A stretch of DNA of 24,000 nt from Candidatus Geothermarchaeota archaeon (GCA_015523605.1 WAKC01000009.1:12335-36334); one strand, 5' to 3'. Shown: positions 15,500 through 24,000, counted from the stretch's first letter. Numbers and translations: made by a program. The notes: generated by a model not told the origin, from the sequence alone.

Positions 15500-16153
15500 A
15501 TGGCCGAGGAGAAGCGTGTCTCAGGGGTTAAGGCTATAATATCGTCGAATAGGAAGAAGATAATGCTCGATGAATGGCTCGCTAAAGAGCTTGTTAATGC
15601 AGGCTATTCTGGAGTGAAGGTCTCATCTACACCTAAGGAGGCATTGGGAACGAAAATCATAATATATGCGGCTAGACCAAGTCTAGTCATTGGTAGGCGA
15701 GGGTCCAGAGTTAGGGAACTTGCTAAGAAGATAGAGGAGTTATTTGGTTATCAAAATGTCAACATTACAGTCTTGGATATAGATGTTCCTGAGCTTGATC
15801 CCAGGATTATGGCTTGGCAGATAGAGCGGCAGCTCGTTCGTGGGGTAAGGTATAGAAGAGTTGGATTCTGGGCTATAAACGTAATTAAAAATGCTGGTGC
15901 CGCCGCTGCAGAGATAGTTATAAGTGGTAAGCTTAGAACTGTGAGAGCCGCATATCAAAAGTTTAAATATGGTGATATTTTGAAGAGCGGTGAATTAGCT
16001 GAGAGGTTGGTGGATACCGCACATAGACCAGTTTTAACTAAGTATGGTATTATAGGTGTGAAGGTATCCATAATGAAGACATCATTAAATGAATATCTAG
16101 CCTCTCTAGCTGGAGAGGGAGGTGAGCAGGTTGAGGAAGGTACAGGAGCTTAG
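15500..16153 (+). CDS. rps3: 30S ribosomal protein uS3
   Basis: KH-domain block (PSLVIGRRGSRVRELAKKIEE) and an S3 C-domain (RRVGFWAINVIKNAGAAAAEIVISGKL). An AAGGAGGTG SD lies upstream. Confidence 0.95.
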   Translation: MAEEKRVSGVKAIISSNRKKIMLDEWLAKELVNAGYSGVKVSSTPKEALGTKIIIYAARPSLVIGRRGSRVRELAKKIEELFGYQNVNITVLDIDVPELDPRIMAWQIERQLVRGVRYRRVGFWAINVIKNAGAAAAEIVISGKLRTVRAAYQKFKYGDILKSGELAERLVDTAHRPVLTKYGIIGVKVSIMKTSLNEYLASLAGEGGEQVEEGTGA

Positions 16154-16331
16154 AGAGAAAAGCAATGAAGAATTGATCGAGATACTTAATGAGTTGGAGG
16201 CCGAGCTTTTCAACATCAGAAAGACTATAAAATCTGGCGGTCAAGTGGATAAGCCGGGTAGGGTTAGGCATATAAGAAAGATGAGGGCCAGGATACTTAC
16301 GATTCTTAGAGAGAGGGGTATAAAGCTATGA
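16122..16331 (+). CDS. rpl29: 50S ribosomal protein uL29
   Basis: ELREKSNEELIEILNELEAELFNIRK is the L29 pattern. There is no ATG; the start is GTG 16122 or TTG 16131, overlapping the uS3 3' end. Confidence 0.9.
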   Translation: MSRLRKVQELREKSNEELIEILNELEAELFNIRKTIKSGGQVDKPGRVRHIRKMRARILTILRERGIKL

Positions 16332-16600
16332 AGAAACATACTAAGAATCTCTTTGTTAATCTAATCGGTAGAAGGGTTGAGGTTATATCTCATTCAAACA
16401 ACTCATTTAAGGGGTTTTCAGGTATCGTTCTTTTTGAATCTGAAAACATGCTCGAAGTAAAACGTGACGATGGCAAAATCGTTAAAATTCCGAAGGATGA
16501 TATTATATTGAAAGTCTTTTATAATGGGGAGGAGAAGTATAAGATATTTTCGTATAGAGATATTAAAGGTAGTATTATTAGGAGGTTGGGTAAAATATGA
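16328..16600 (+). CDS. rnp1: RNase P protein component 1 (Rpp29/Pop4)
   Basis: LIGRRVEVISHSNNSFKGFSGIVLFESENMLEV is the Rpp29 Sm-like core. It occupies the canonical archaeal position between uL29 and uS17, and its ATG overlaps the L29 stop (ATGA). Confidence 0.88.
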   Translation: MKKHTKNLFVNLIGRRVEVISHSNNSFKGFSGIVLFESENMLEVKRDDGKIVKIPKDDIILKVFYNGEEKYKIFSYRDIKGSIIRRLGKI

Positions 16601-16944
16601 GTAGGAAGAATAAAGTTAGAGATCCCGGCTTAGGATTTCCATTACCCGAAAAGTCATGTGATGATCCAAATTGTCCATTCCATGGGCATCTTAAGGTTAG
16701 GGGTATCCTGATCGAGGGTAAACTGGTTAGTAAGAAGATGTCAAAAGCTGGAGTCTTGATGAGGGAGTATCTCCATTATGTTAAGAAATATAAAAGATAT
16801 GAGAGACGGAGAAGTAGAATCAGTGTTTATATCCCTCCATGTATAGATGTTTCGGAAGGTGATGTAGTCGTGGCTGGTGAATGTAGGCCAATTAGTAAAA
16901 CAATTTCTTTTGTGGTTGTTTATAATAAGTCTAGAGGTGGTTAG
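16597..16944 (+). CDS. rps17: 30S ribosomal protein uS17
   Basis: CDDPNCPFHGHLKVRG...GKLVSKKM...CRPISKTISFVVV is the S17 family pattern; operon order agrees. Confidence 0.94.
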   Translation: MSRKNKVRDPGLGFPLPEKSCDDPNCPFHGHLKVRGILIEGKLVSKKMSKAGVLMREYLHYVKKYKRYERRRSRISVYIPPCIDVSEGDVVVAGECRPISKTISFVVVYNKSRGG

Positions 16945-16946
16945 AG

Positions 16947-17369
16947 ATGGGAAAGAGAATATTATCAGGTGTATTGGTTAGGAGACAAAAGATTACACGT
17001 GCCGTTCCAGTGGGTAGCATCGTTAACTGTGCTGATAATAGTGGCGCTAAAAAACTTAAGGTTATCCAGGTTGTTGGTTATAAGGGTAGGTTGAAGAGGC
17101 GACCAGCCGCCTGTGTGGGTGACCACATAAAGGTAAGCGTGTATTCTGGACCATATAGGCTTAGGAAACAGGTTTTAGATGCCGTCCTTGTCAGGCAGAA
17201 ATTCCCGATTAGGAGGCCTGATGGGACAAGAGTGATGTTTGAAGATAATGCCGCGGTTCTGATCACTCCTGAGGGTAATCCGATGGGGACTGAAATTAAA
17301 GGGCCTATTGCTAAGGAGGCTGCGGATCTATGGTCTAGAATAGCCAGTATGGCTACATTGATAATATAG
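16947..17369 (+). CDS. rpl14: 50S ribosomal protein uL14
   Basis: VNCADNSGAKKLKVI... and MFEDNAAVLI... blocks typical of L14. Confidence 0.95.
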   Translation: MGKRILSGVLVRRQKITRAVPVGSIVNCADNSGAKKLKVIQVVGYKGRLKRRPAACVGDHIKVSVYSGPYRLRKQVLDAVLVRQKFPIRRPDGTRVMFEDNAAVLITPEGNPMGTEIKGPIAKEAADLWSRIASMATLII

Positions 17370-17383
17370 AGTGGTGGGTGGAT

Positions 17384-17761
17384 ATGGTGAAGACTAAGAG
17401 TAAGAAGCCCTCTAAACAGAGGAAGCGTTTCTTTAACGCTCCTCTACATAGGAGAAGTAAGATTATGTCTGTCCATCTATCTAGAGAGTTAAGAGAGAAG
17501 TATGGAAGACGTGCTATTCCGATACGTGTCGGTGATACTGTGCGTGTATTGAGGGGTGATCATAAGGATACTGAGGGTAAGGTTATCAGAGTCGATAGGA
17601 AGAAGTATAGAGTTTACATTGAAAATATTTATAGGGAGAATAGTAGAGGGGATAGAGTATACATCCCCATCCATTATTCAAACCTTATGATAGTTGATTT
17701 AGATTTATCGGATGAATGGAGGCGTCGTAAGTTAGAAGGTTCTGAGGAGGGTGGTAGTTAA
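17384..17761 (+). CDS. rpl24: 50S ribosomal protein uL24
   Basis: KQRKRFFNAPLHRR..., plus a KOW motif (VGDTVRVLRGDHKDTEGKV). The track start is GTG 17378; the ATG at 17384 is preferred. Confidence 0.93.
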   Translation: MVKTKSKKPSKQRKRFFNAPLHRRSKIMSVHLSRELREKYGRRAIPIRVGDTVRVLRGDHKDTEGKVIRVDRKKYRVYIENIYRENSRGDRVYIPIHYSNLMIVDLDLSDEWRRRKLEGSEEGGS

Positions 17762-17762
17762 A

Positions 17763-18503
17763 ATGGCGAGGAAAGGTGGTAGGACAAGGCTTAAGAGGTT
17801 GGCGGCGCCGATAACATATAGAGTACCTAGAAAGACTGGTAAATGGGTTATCAAGGCTAGTCCAGGCCCCCATCCAAGTTGGAGATCTATACCTATCGGT
17901 GTACTCTTGAGAGATGTTCTAGGTATCGCGAAAACATTACGTGAAGTTAAATATATGTTGAGGAAGGGATATGTACTTGTCGATGCTAGGCCTATAACAA
18001 CTTATAAGTTTCCAGTCGGATTGATGGATGTAATCGAGTTGACGCCTACTAATGAGGTATATCGGGTTCTACCAGCTAAGAAACACCTGATATATCCTTA
18101 TAAGATTGAGGATGGAGGAGATAAGAATATTAAGCCTTTGAGGATTGAGCGGAAGACGATGATTAAAGGTGGGATACTACAATTTACTACTCATGACGGT
18201 AGGAACTTCTTGTTTAAACCTGATGATGAACTTTCTAAGTTGAAACCCGGTGATACTCTTGTATACGACTTAGTTGAAAAGAAGGTCATTGATTCTATAC
18301 GTCTGGAGGAGAATGTGCTTGCATTGATCACAGGTGGTAGTAAGATAGCCACGATAGGTAAGGTCTTGGAGATTAGAAAGCCGGATCCTCTCAAGCCACG
18401 GCTAGTACGTCTACATACGGATGTATATGGCGAATTCGAGACGATCTTTGATTACGTATTTCCGATAGGTAGAGAAGAGTCTGTTATTAAGCTTTATCAT
18501 TAG
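17763..18503 (+). CDS. rps4e: 30S ribosomal protein eS4
   Basis: GGRTRLKRLAAPITYRVPRKTGKWVIKASPGPHP is the S4e N-terminal signature. ATG 17763 directly follows the L24 stop; the track start is GTG 17751. Confidence 0.94.
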   Translation: MARKGGRTRLKRLAAPITYRVPRKTGKWVIKASPGPHPSWRSIPIGVLLRDVLGIAKTLREVKYMLRKGYVLVDARPITTYKFPVGLMDVIELTPTNEVYRVLPAKKHLIYPYKIEDGGDKNIKPLRIERKTMIKGGILQFTTHDGRNFLFKPDDELSKLKPGDTLVYDLVEKKVIDSIRLEENVLALITGGSKIATIGKVLEIRKPDPLKPRLVRLHTDVYGEFETIFDYVFPIGREESVIKLYH

Positions 18504-18510
18504 CTTCTAA

Positions 18511-18530
18511 GATTAATAATTAAATATTTT
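18511..18530 (+). promoter_or_regulatory. candidate internal promoter (AT-rich TATA-like box) ahead of uL5
   Basis: GATTAATAATTAAATATTTT lies in the 75-nt non-coding gap after eS4. A GTGGTGGGTG SD-like motif follows at 18559-18568. Confidence 0.3.
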
Positions 18531-18578
18531 AACCCGAATACCTATGAAATAGTAGTGTAGTGGTGGGTGTATATAATA

Positions 18579-19109
18579 ATGTCTGAAGAAACCACTTTAC
18601 AAGACAAGTTGATAGAATCGATAAGGATAGAAAAGGTAGTTGTCCATATCTCTGTAGGAAGTGATTGGGAGAGGCTTCAGAAGGCGGTGAAACTTCTCGA
18701 ATATCTAACTGGTCAGAAGCCTGTTATTAGGAGGGCTAAGAAGACGATAAAGGCTTTTGGAATTAGTAGGAAACAGCCGATATCAACGATGGTTACTCTC
18801 AGGGGGGAACGTGCTGTAGAGTTTTTGAAGAGGGCTCTTCAGGCTGTTGATATGAAGCTTAAGAGTAGCTCGTTTGATGAACTAGGAAATATCTCATTTG
18901 GTATTAAGGAACATCTTATGATACCGGGAGTGAAGTATGACCCTAATATAGGTGTTTTTGGTATGGATGTGAATGTCCATCTAGTTAAACCGGGATATCG
19001 TGTTAAGCTTAGGAGGTATCGTAGAAGTAAACTTGGTAAGAAGAATCTCGTAACGAAAGATGAGGCTATTGAGTTTATGAGGCGTAGGTTTAATGTGGAG
19101 GTGGTGTGA
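18579..19109 (+). CDS. rpl5: 50S ribosomal protein uL5
   Basis: [11 protein letters not shown]..., [24 protein letters not shown] and [25 protein letters not shown] are L5 family blocks. ATG 18579 is preferred over the track GTG 18567. Confidence 0.94.
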   Translation: MSEETTLQDKLIESIRIEKVVVHISVGSDWERLQKAVKLLEYLTGQKPVIRRAKKTIKAFGISRKQPISTMVTLRGERAVEFLKRALQAVDMKLKSSSFDELGNISFGIKEHLMIPGVKYDPNIGVFGMDVNVHLVKPGYRVKLRRYRRSKLGKKNLVTKDEAIEFMRRRFNVEVV

Positions 19110-19267
19110 TGGGGGTTAAGGATATGGTTCGACGTGTGGGTAAGGGTAGTAGGCGGTGTATGCGCTGTGGCACTCATGTTGCTGTAATACAGAAGTATGA
19201 TCTTATGCTCTGTAGACGTTGTTTTCGTGAGGTAGCCCCTAAGATGGGGTTTAAAAAGTATATGTGA
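19109..19267 (+). CDS. rps14: 30S ribosomal protein uS14 (zinc-binding type)
   Basis: Absent from the ORF track because it is under 60 aa. My translation is [52 protein letters not shown], with CxxC...CxxC and the CRxCFRE...GFxKY signature. The ATG overlaps the uL5 TGA (TGATG), and the gene sits in the canonical slot between uL5 and uS8. Confidence 0.93.
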   Translation: MGVKDMVRRVGKGSRRCMRCGTHVAVIQKYDLMLCRRCFREVAPKMGFKKYM

Positions 19268-19278
19268 GGTGGTTATGG

Positions 19279-19671
19279 ATGGTGCAGATAGACATTATAA
19301 GTAATATGATGTCGGCTATTAGAAATGCTGAAGCTGTTAGAAAGAAGGAGGTTGTAATATACCCATCTTCAAAATTTGCTATAGAGATTTTGAAGCTCTT
19401 GAAGAGGGAGGGTTATATCGAGGATTTCCAGGTTATTAATGATGGGCGTGGAAATAAACTCCGTATAATATTGAATGGATCGATAAATGATTGTAAAGCT
19501 ATTAAGCCTAGATTCCCGGTAAATAAGAATAATTTGACTGAATATGTTAAGCAGTATCTCCCTTCTCGTGAAATAGGAATTTTAATTATATCTACATCTA
19601 AAGGTGTTAAGACTCACAGAGAGTGTCTTGAAGAGAATGTTGGTGGAGTGTTAGTTGCATATGTATATTGA
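19279..19671 (+). CDS. rps8: 30S ribosomal protein uS8
   Basis: DIISNMMSAIRNAEA... and the C-terminal GILIISTSKGVKTHRECLEENVGGVLVAYVY are the S8 pattern. ATG 19279 is preceded by GAGGTGG; the track start is GTG 19264. Confidence 0.94.
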   Translation: MVQIDIISNMMSAIRNAEAVRKKEVVIYPSSKFAIEILKLLKREGYIEDFQVINDGRGNKLRIILNGSINDCKAIKPRFPVNKNNLTEYVKQYLPSREIGILIISTSKGVKTHRECLEENVGGVLVAYVY

Positions 19672-19682
19672 AGGTGGTTGAT

Positions 19683-20243
19683 ATGGCTGTAAGGATTCAT
19701 GTGGATGAGGTTGAGATTCCGGAAGGGATAGATGTAGAAATTATCGATAACCGTATTGTTAAAGTATCTGGCCCGAAAGGGACTGTGGAGAAGAGTTTTG
19801 TTAAGGCACCTGTATATTTATCGAAAGAGGATGGTAAGATAAAGATTGAAGTTAGGTGGAAAGGTAGGCGTGGCTATGCCCTGTTAAACACTATAAAGGG
19901 GCATCTTAAGAATATGTTTACAGGCGTTACAAAGGGTTATGTATATAAGCTAAAGGCATATTACATACACTTCCCGATGGATGTATATGTAGAAGGGGAC
20001 TACCTAATTATTAAGAATTTTGTTGGTGAGAGGGGAGTTAGAAAGGCTAAGATCATAGAGGGAGTTAAAGTTGATGTGGTTAAGAAGGGTGGTGATATAG
20101 ACATTATCGTAACAGGGATTGATAAGGAGGCTGTAGGGCAGACTGCGGCTAATATCATGAATGCTACGAAGGTTAAGAGTAAGGACCCACGTGTATTTCT
20201 AGACGGTATATATCTATATGATAAAGGTGTTGGAAATGGTTAA
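19683..20243 (+). CDS. rpl6: 50S ribosomal protein uL6
   Basis: Two-domain L6 pattern (VKVSGPKGTVEKSF..., HLKNMFTGVTKGYVYKLKAYYIHFP). ATG 19683 follows AGGTGG. Confidence 0.93.
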   Translation: MAVRIHVDEVEIPEGIDVEIIDNRIVKVSGPKGTVEKSFVKAPVYLSKEDGKIKIEVRWKGRRGYALLNTIKGHLKNMFTGVTKGYVYKLKAYYIHFPMDVYVEGDYLIIKNFVGERGVRKAKIIEGVKVDVVKKGGDIDIIVTGIDKEAVGQTAANIMNATKVKSKDPRVFLDGIYLYDKGVGNG

Positions 20244-20640
20244 GAAGAAGCCTAAGCTTTCAGAGGAGGAGATTAGACTACTTAAGCTTAGGGAGGAGAT
20301 GAATCGTAGGAGACCAGAATTTATTAGACAGGAGAGTTGGAGGTATGTACGTGTTAAGGAGAGTTGGAGAAGACCAAGGGGTATCGACAGTAAAATGCGT
20401 CTAAAGAAGAAGGGTAAGCCTCCGCTTGTGTCTATTGGGTATAGGAATCCAAGGCTTGTTAGGGGGCTTCATCCTACAGGCTTTAGAGAGGTTATAGTCT
20501 ATAATGTCAAGGATCTTGAGAAGGTCGACCCTGATAAGGAGGCTATCCGTATAGCAGGATCTGTAGGCAGGCGTAAAAGGATTGAAATAATTGAAAAGGC
20601 TGATGAGTTAGGTATAGTTGTGTTGAATCGGAGGTTATAG
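20236..20640 (+). CDS. rpl32e: 50S ribosomal protein eL32
   Basis: RRRPEFIRQESWRYVRVKESWRRPRGIDSKMR is the L32e signature. The ATG at 20236 overlaps the uL6 3' end by 8 nt. Confidence 0.92.
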   Translation: MVKKKPKLSEEEIRLLKLREEMNRRRPEFIRQESWRYVRVKESWRRPRGIDSKMRLKKKGKPPLVSIGYRNPRLVRGLHPTGFREVIVYNVKDLEKVDPDKEAIRIAGSVGRRKRIEIIEKADELGIVVLNRRL

Positions 20641-20642
20641 AG

Positions 20643-21062
20643 ATGGTGAATGTAAAGAATAAGAGGAGGTTGATAGCTAGATATTTAGGGGTTGGTGTTG
20701 ATAGGGTATGGATCGACCCTGAGGCTGTAGATGAAGTTATGGATGTAGATACGAGAGAAGATGTACTAATCCTCCTTAGAAGGGGGGTTGTAAAGGTTAA
20801 GAAGGTTAAGGGCCAGAAGCATGAGGTTAGAAAGAAGAAGAGGGGTCCAGGAAGTAGAAAAGGCCCTAAAACCAGTAGAATGTCTAAGAAGGAGAGGTGG
20901 ATGCAGAGAGTTAGAGCTCAGAGGAAGCTACTTAGATATTTAAGGGATAAGGGGTTGATAACTAGGAAGCAATATAGAGTCTTGTATATGCGTGTAAAGG
21001 GTGGGATGTTTAGGAGTAAGGCCCACCTTCTAGACTATATTAAAGAGAATATATGGAGGTAG
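20643..21062 (+). CDS. rpl19e: 50S ribosomal protein eL19
   Basis: KRRLIARYLGVGVDRVWIDPEAVDEV is the L19e N-terminal pattern, followed by a basic C-terminal half. Confidence 0.92.
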   Translation: MVNVKNKRRLIARYLGVGVDRVWIDPEAVDEVMDVDTREDVLILLRRGVVKVKKVKGQKHEVRKKKRGPGSRKGPKTSRMSKKERWMQRVRAQRKLLRYLRDKGLITRKQYRVLYMRVKGGMFRSKAHLLDYIKENIWR

Positions 21063-21068
21063 ATTGAT

Positions 21069-21674
21069 ATGGCTAAGGGACCTAAATATGTAGTTAAATT
21101 TAGGAGGCTTAGGGAGAGGAGGACAAATTACAAGCTTAGATATAAATTGCTGAAGAGTGGGAAGCCATTATTTACGGTGAGGCGTTCACTCAGATATGTA
21201 TATGTCTCGATATCTAGACCTAAAATCGGTGGTGATGAGACCATATTAACCGTAAGTTCAAAGATACTGTCTAAATACAACTTTTATGGTCTTAAAAATA
21301 CTTCTGCAGCTTATCTCACAGGATATATTGCCGGTAGGCTGGCTCTCCAAAAGGGGATTGATGAGGCTATTGTAAATCTCGGTTATGCATGGACGAAGAA
21401 GGCCTCCATTCCATTTGCTGCAGCCATGGGTGCTAGAGATGCAGGTCTTAATGTTCCACTAGGAGAGGAGAAAGAGGTAGATTTTTCAAGGATTAGAGGT
21501 GAGCATATTGCCGAATATGCAAAGCTCCTAAAAGAGAGCGATCCAGAGTTATATAAACGTAGGTTTTCAAAATATATTGAGAAGGGGATTGACCCTGAAA
21601 AATTGCCGGAATTGTTTGATAAAGTATTAGAAGATATTAAAAAGGATTATGGAGGTGTAGAGGATGGCGAATAG
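21069..21674 (+). CDS. rpl18: 50S ribosomal protein uL18
   Basis: FRRLRERRTNYKLRYKLLKSGKPLFTVRRSLRYVYVSI is the L18/L5e family pattern. Confidence 0.92.
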   Translation: MAKGPKYVVKFRRLRERRTNYKLRYKLLKSGKPLFTVRRSLRYVYVSISRPKIGGDETILTVSSKILSKYNFYGLKNTSAAYLTGYIAGRLALQKGIDEAIVNLGYAWTKKASIPFAAAMGARDAGLNVPLGEEKEVDFSRIRGEHIAEYAKLLKESDPELYKRRFSKYIEKGIDPEKLPELFDKVLEDIKKDYGGVEDGE

Positions 21675-22302
21675 AGTCGAACCACCCCCTGAAGATTGGG
21701 TTCCAAAGACTAAACTTGGGATGATGGTTAAGCAAGGATTAATCTTTTCATATGCAGATATACTTAAAAACAATTATGTTGTTAAGGAACCCGAGATTGT
21801 TAAGGCACTCGTACCTAATCTAGAATATGAGGTTTTGGAGGTTAGACTAGTTCAGAAGATGACCGATTCTGGTAGAAGGACAAAATTTAGAGCATTGGTT
21901 GTGGTTGGTAATAGGGATGGCTTAATCGGTGTAGGCACTGGTAAGGCTAAGGAGGTTCCCAGCGCTATAAACAAGGCGTTGAATAATGCACTTCTAAACT
22001 TGGCTCCTGTTAAGAGGGGATGTGGTAGTTGGGAGTGTGGATGTGGTACAAACCATTCGATAGCCCATGTTTCCAAGGGTTCATGGGGCAGTGTAGAAGT
22101 AACTCTAAAACCTGGTCCAAGGGGGTTGGGTATAGTGGCTGGTGAAACGGCTAAGAAGGTGATTGAACTTGCAGGTGTGGAGGATGTATGGGCTATAGCG
22201 TTTGGCGAGACTAGGACACCTATATCTTTTGCGATGGCTACCTATGATGCCCTAAGGAATACATATTCCCTAGTGTATAAAGAGAAGAAAGAGGGTGTTT
22301 AA
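21664..22302 (+). CDS. rps5: 30S ribosomal protein uS5
   Basis: VQKMTDSGRRTKFRALVVVGNRDGLIGVGTGKAKEV (S5 dsRBD) and the C-terminal domain VTLKPGPRGLGIVAG. Confidence 0.94.
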   Translation: MANRVEPPPEDWVPKTKLGMMVKQGLIFSYADILKNNYVVKEPEIVKALVPNLEYEVLEVRLVQKMTDSGRRTKFRALVVVGNRDGLIGVGTGKAKEVPSAINKALNNALLNLAPVKRGCGSWECGCGTNHSIAHVSKGSWGSVEVTLKPGPRGLGIVAGETAKKVIELAGVEDVWAIAFGETRTPISFAMATYDALRNTYSLVYKEKKEGV

Positions 22303-22305
22303 TAG

Positions 22306-22794
22306 ATGAGTGAGAATGTGGTGATGGATATGACCTGCTATCTAGTTGTTAGGATAAGGGGGATTCCAGATGTTAGGTATGATATAAGGGAGACTTTAAA
22401 GAGACTCCATCTTGTTAGAAAGTTTCATGCTACAATAGTTCCAGATACTCCAGAATATAGGGGGATGCTCAAAAAGGTTGAGAATTTCGTTATGTATGGA
22501 CCCATTGATAAAGATTTACTGAGAGAGTTGATCCTTAAGAGAGGTAGGTTAGTGGGTAACAAGCCTGTTACACCGGAGTATCTGGAGGAGGTTACGGGAG
22601 TCGGTTTTGATGAACTGTTGGATAAGATATTGTCTGGAGAGATTAGGTTGAAGGATATAAAGGGGCTTAAGCCGGTTTTTCGTCTCCATCCCCCTCGAGG
22701 AGGATTTAAAAAGTCTATTAAGAAGCATGTGAGGGATGGAGGGGAGCTGGGGTATAGAGAAGATATAGCTTCAGTAGTGTCTAGAATGCTTTAG
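22306..22794 (+). CDS. rpl30: 50S ribosomal protein uL30
   Basis: LVVRIRG...RETLKRLHLVRKFHATIV is the L30 pattern, with the archaeal-length C-terminal extension. Confidence 0.9.
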   Translation: MSENVVMDMTCYLVVRIRGIPDVRYDIRETLKRLHLVRKFHATIVPDTPEYRGMLKKVENFVMYGPIDKDLLRELILKRGRLVGNKPVTPEYLEEVTGVGFDELLDKILSGEIRLKDIKGLKPVFRLHPPRGGFKKSIKKHVRDGGELGYREDIASVVSRML

Positions 22795-22837
22795 ATTTTA
22801 GTAGTGTAATATTGACTTGGTATATCTGGCAAATCAA

Positions 22838-22871
22838 ATTTTTATTTTATAAACAGATTATGAATTTATAC
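22838..22871 (+). promoter_or_regulatory. candidate internal promoter (TATA-like boxes) for uL15-secY
   Basis: TTTTATTTTATAAA (about 22840-22853) and TTTATA (about 22865-22870) lie in the 106-nt gap between uL30 and uL15. Confidence 0.3.
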
Positions 22872-22900
22872 AATTAGTAATCTTACATGGGTGGTAGACA

Positions 22901-23308
22901 GTGCCTCATAGACTTAGAAAGACGAGATGGCATAGGGGGAGTAGAACCCATGGATATGGTAGAGTAGGGCAACATAGGAAGTCTGGAGATAGAGGTGGAT
23001 ATGGTCTGGCAGGCCTTAGAAAGCATAAACGTTTTCATATGATGAAGTATATGCCAGACCATTTCGGTAAACATGGGTTTGTGTCTAGGTTTAGAAGGAA
23101 GAAGGCTATTTCAGTTTCTGACTTGGAGCAGTTTGTAAATAGGGGCATAACTAAGATAAATCTTGTAGAGCTTGGCTATGATAAGCTCGTCTCTAAAGGT
23201 GTTATAAATGTCCCTGTGGAAGTGATTACTAAGGAGGCGACGGAAAAGGCTATTGAGAAGATTGAGAGTGTAGGTGGAAAGGTTATTATAGTTGAAGAGG
23301 GGTCGTAG
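22901..23308 (+). CDS. rpl15: 50S ribosomal protein uL15
   Basis: RKTRWHRGSRTHGYGRVGQHRKSGDRGG is the L15 N-terminal pattern. GTG start; position is immediately before secY. Confidence 0.92.
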   Translation: MPHRLRKTRWHRGSRTHGYGRVGQHRKSGDRGGYGLAGLRKHKRFHMMKYMPDHFGKHGFVSRFRRKKAISVSDLEQFVNRGITKINLVELGYDKLVSKGVINVPVEVITKEATEKAIEKIESVGGKVIIVEEGS

Positions 23309-23309
23309 G

Positions 23310-24000
23310 TTGAGCCCTGCAAAAGAATTTTTTAGAAAGATTGGCACGATCCTTCCTGAGATAAAAAAGCCTGATAAAAAGGTTCCTCTTAGAAATAGAT
23401 TGATTTGGTCTCTCGTAATTCTTATTTTGTATTTTGTTATGGGTGGTATCCCCTTATATGGTGTATCAACCTCTCCAACAGATCCCTTCGCAACTTTTAG
23501 AATTATATTTGCATCGTCTACTGGAACTCTTCTCGAGCTTGGTATAGGCCCGATTGTTACTGCTGGGCTGATAATGCAACTCCTTAAGGGTGCTGAGATA
23601 ATTAAATTTGATTTTACTGATCCTGAGGAGAGGGCTGTCTTTACAGCTGCTACCAAGTTCTTAACGATTATCGTCACCGTTATACAGGCCACCGCACTGG
23701 TTCTTAGTAATTATTTAAGATTTATCGAAGCTAGTATAAGCGTAGTCGTAATAACATATCTCCAGCTAGTCATAGCCACTATAATAGTTATGTTGATGGA
23801 TGAGTTGATTCAGAAGGGGTGGGGTATAGGCAGTGGAATAAGTCTTTTTATAGCAGCAGGTGTAGCTAAAACGATATTCATAAGTCTATTCAGCCCAGTT
23901 ATGATACAGTTTGATAATGTTGCTGAACCCTTTGGACTCGTGCCCCTTTTCTTCTCAAAGTTGTTTACTGGTGATTTCTCTAGAGTGCTTATCCGTGAGG
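23310..24000 (+). CDS. secY: preprotein translocase subunit SecY (N-terminal about 230 aa; continues past the window end)
   Basis: Not in the ORF track because it runs off the window. My translation from TTG 23310 gives SPAKEFFRKIGTILPEIKKPDKKVPLRNRLIWS..., LELGIGPIVTAGLIMQLLKGAEII and MDELIQKGWGIGSGISLFIAAG, all hallmark SecY/Sec61alpha blocks. A GAGGGGT SD-like motif lies 6 nt upstream; an alternative TTG lies at 23292. Confidence 0.9.
   Translation, partial: MSPAKEFFRKIGTILPEIKKPDKKVPLRNRLIWSLVILILYFVMGGIPLYGVSTSPTDPFATFRIIFASSTGTLLELGIGPIVTAGLIMQLLKGAEIIKFDFTDPEERAVFTAATKFLTIIVTVIQATALVLSNYLRFIEASISVVVITYLQLVIATIIVMLMDELIQKGWGIGSGISLFIAAGVAKTIFISLFSPVMIQFDNVAEPFGLVPLFFSKLFTGDFSRVLIRE

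Noticed and set aside
18839-19177. 112-aa minus-strand ORF
   Set aside because: It is antisense to uL5 and uS14. The conserved r-protein frames on the plus strand explain the region.
23111-23692. 193-aa ORF on the minus strand
   Set aside because: It lies antisense to uL15 and SecY, whose plus-strand translations carry unmistakable family signatures. The minus-strand product is low-complexity (Ile/Leu/Ser/Asn-rich) with no motif. It is a shadow ORF typical of AT-rich coding DNA.
1-24000. Window-wide scan for CRISPR arrays, long direct or inverted repeats, IS elements and defence or toxin-antitoxin genes
   Set aside because: By eye I found no regularly spaced repeats of 24-40 bp and no long repeats other than the tRNA-Pro pair. 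No nuclease, ATPase or other gene remains unaccounted for by housekeeping assignments. A computational repeat search and HMM scan would be needed to be definitive.

Overview
This is an archaeal chromosomal core region of Thermoproteota/Crenarchaeota type. The coding background is AT-rich and the tRNA genes are very GC-rich, as expected for a thermophile. Almost every base is accounted for by information-processing genes.

Left half (1-15.0 kb), in order:
- truD (5' part, running off the window) and pth2
- a geranylgeranyl-reductase-family flavoprotein
- the conserved Zn-ribbon/aEF-1beta pair
- Cdc48/VCP
- an 80-aa orphan
- FEN1
- tRNA-Gly(GCC)
- a Zn-ribbon membrane protein
- tRNA-Pro(UGG)
- an NSUN-family RNA m5C methyltransferase with a tightly linked unknown 131-aa gene
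- a heavily interrupted tRNA-Trp(CCA)
- a three-gene respiratory module: Tat-Rieske, cytochrome b and a membrane-anchored type-1 copper protein
- tRNA-Pro(CGG)
- NAC, MBF1, HflX, aTrm56 and TFE

Right half (15.0-24.0 kb): the archaeal spc-type ribosomal protein cluster in canonical order, uL22-uS3-uL29-Rpp29-uS17-uL14-uL24-eS4-uL5-uS14-uS8-uL6-eL32-eL19-uL18-uS5-uL30-uL15-SecY. The 52-aa uS14 and the truncated SecY and TruD are absent from the supplied ORF track; I found them by translating the sequence myself.

Many genes use GTG/TTG starts preceded by GGTG/GAGGTG Shine-Dalgarno-like motifs, so I moved several track starts to the SD-supported ATG.

I see no CRISPR array, integrase or transposase, toxin-antitoxin pair or recognisable defence gene, and I cannot honestly point to a convincing undescribed multi-gene system. 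The items most worth a second look are:
- the tRNA-Trp gene with about 72 nt of intervening sequence in three blocks
- two tRNA-Pro genes identical except at the wobble base, lying in inverted orientation around a 4.2-kb segment that includes the respiratory operon
- the Rieske/cyt b/polytopic cupredoxin module itself
- the uncharacterised 131-aa partner of the m5C methyltransferase
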